Assembly: GCF_006345805.1 (NCBI RefSeq)
Contig: NC_043014.1
Location: 32,302,001 to 32,366,000 of the forward strand
Reading direction: 5' to 3'
Length of the DNA stretch: 64,000 nucleotides
From: Octopus sinensis
Taxonomy: Eukaryota
Shown here: piece after piece, positions 63,343-64,000 of the stretch
Numbering within the stretch: the stretch's first letter is position 1
How the letters are laid out: each line of letters starts with the position of its first letter
Notes under the pieces: model-generated
Told to the model about the DNA's origin: nothing
The model's database searches: none
The model's input: the letters and a program-made list of their open reading frames with translations, nothing else
Program-made: the position numbers and the translations under genes

Positions 63343-63533
63343 ATAAGGAAATAATTTTATTTTCAAACGCAGGGTAATGTTAATATTATAGCACGAACAG
63401 GATAAACTACCCATATTTTGCTGAAAAATGTGTCAGCGGCTGACACATTTTTCAGCAAAATATGGGTAGTTTATTCTGTTCGTGCAATATTATCAACATT
63501 ACCCTGCATTTGAGAATGAAATTATTTCCTTAT
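63343..63533. repeat. 191-bp near-perfect palindrome (95-bp arms, 1-nt centre)
   Basis: Centre at 63438 (gtgtcagc-g-gctgacac); the inner 36 bp are perfect, with 7 mismatches in total. Confidence 0.97.
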
Positions 63534-63707
63534 ATATATATATATATAAATTGACTGCTGCTACTTATTAGCTGCAGGTTGGTGTTTTCCGGTCTCAGCG
63601 CGCCGAAGTGAAGGCATTTGAAAAATACATTCAAATATAATCGGTTGGACTCCATGCATGCGATACTCCGGTCAATCGTTTTTGCATCTAGTCCAGCAAA
63701 TTGTATT

Positions 63708-63785
63708 AATAACGGACCATGCTGACGAGGTTACAGTTTATCCTTGGGGATAATAATAACCGAAACTGATTCAGTACATCTTATT
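63708..63785 (+). ncRNA. Type I hammerhead ribozyme, intact, bipartite stems I and II
   Basis: aauaa-cggacc-aug-CUGACGA-gguua-cagu-uuaucc(uugg)ggauaa-uaa-uaacc-GAAA-cug(auu)cag-UA|cau-c-uuauu; GUA triplet at 63774-63776. Confidence 0.87.
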
Positions 63786-64000
63786 TCGTATATTTTCATT
63801 TGTCTTGTTTAATGTTTTGGTTTTGTGCTGAGTTTTATGTGAGAACACACTCTTTGTGGAGAATGGCGATTTGACGTCTATATCTAGCATGTTGACTGTC
63901 CACTTTTCATGTTCAGTCCTCAATTGGTATATATAAATATTTTAATCTTCGGATTCTTTTTAATATGCTAGACCACTGGTTTTAATTGACTAATATCAAT

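Overview
AT-rich, microsatellite-dense, gene-poor eukaryotic DNA. The SINE/LINE content looks like an octopod cephalopod (Octopus-type) genome; this is inferred from recalled repeat sequences, not from a database search. I cannot support any host protein-coding gene. Most ORFs in the track come from simple repeats, and the rest are decayed transposon ORFs. The window is a mosaic of more than 30 tRNA-derived SINE copies (my labels A-D, with swappable tails), truncated LINEs (RTE, RTEX, CR1, R4/Dong-like), Penelope-like elements (PLEs) of two types, Tc1/mariner and hAT remnants, minisatellites and fold-back palindromes. The main result from reading the sequence is a set of eight type I hammerhead ribozyme (HHR) motifs (CUGANGA...GAAA...NUH with pairable stems I-III) plus one relic, in states from intact to decayed. 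Two of them sit in a ~330-bp tandem array at 11.76-12.6 kb that has the architecture of a non-LTR retrozyme or HHR satellite. Several others sit in PLE-type termini next to (TA)n tracts. All ribozyme and protein-family calls come from manual base pairing and translation and are untested.
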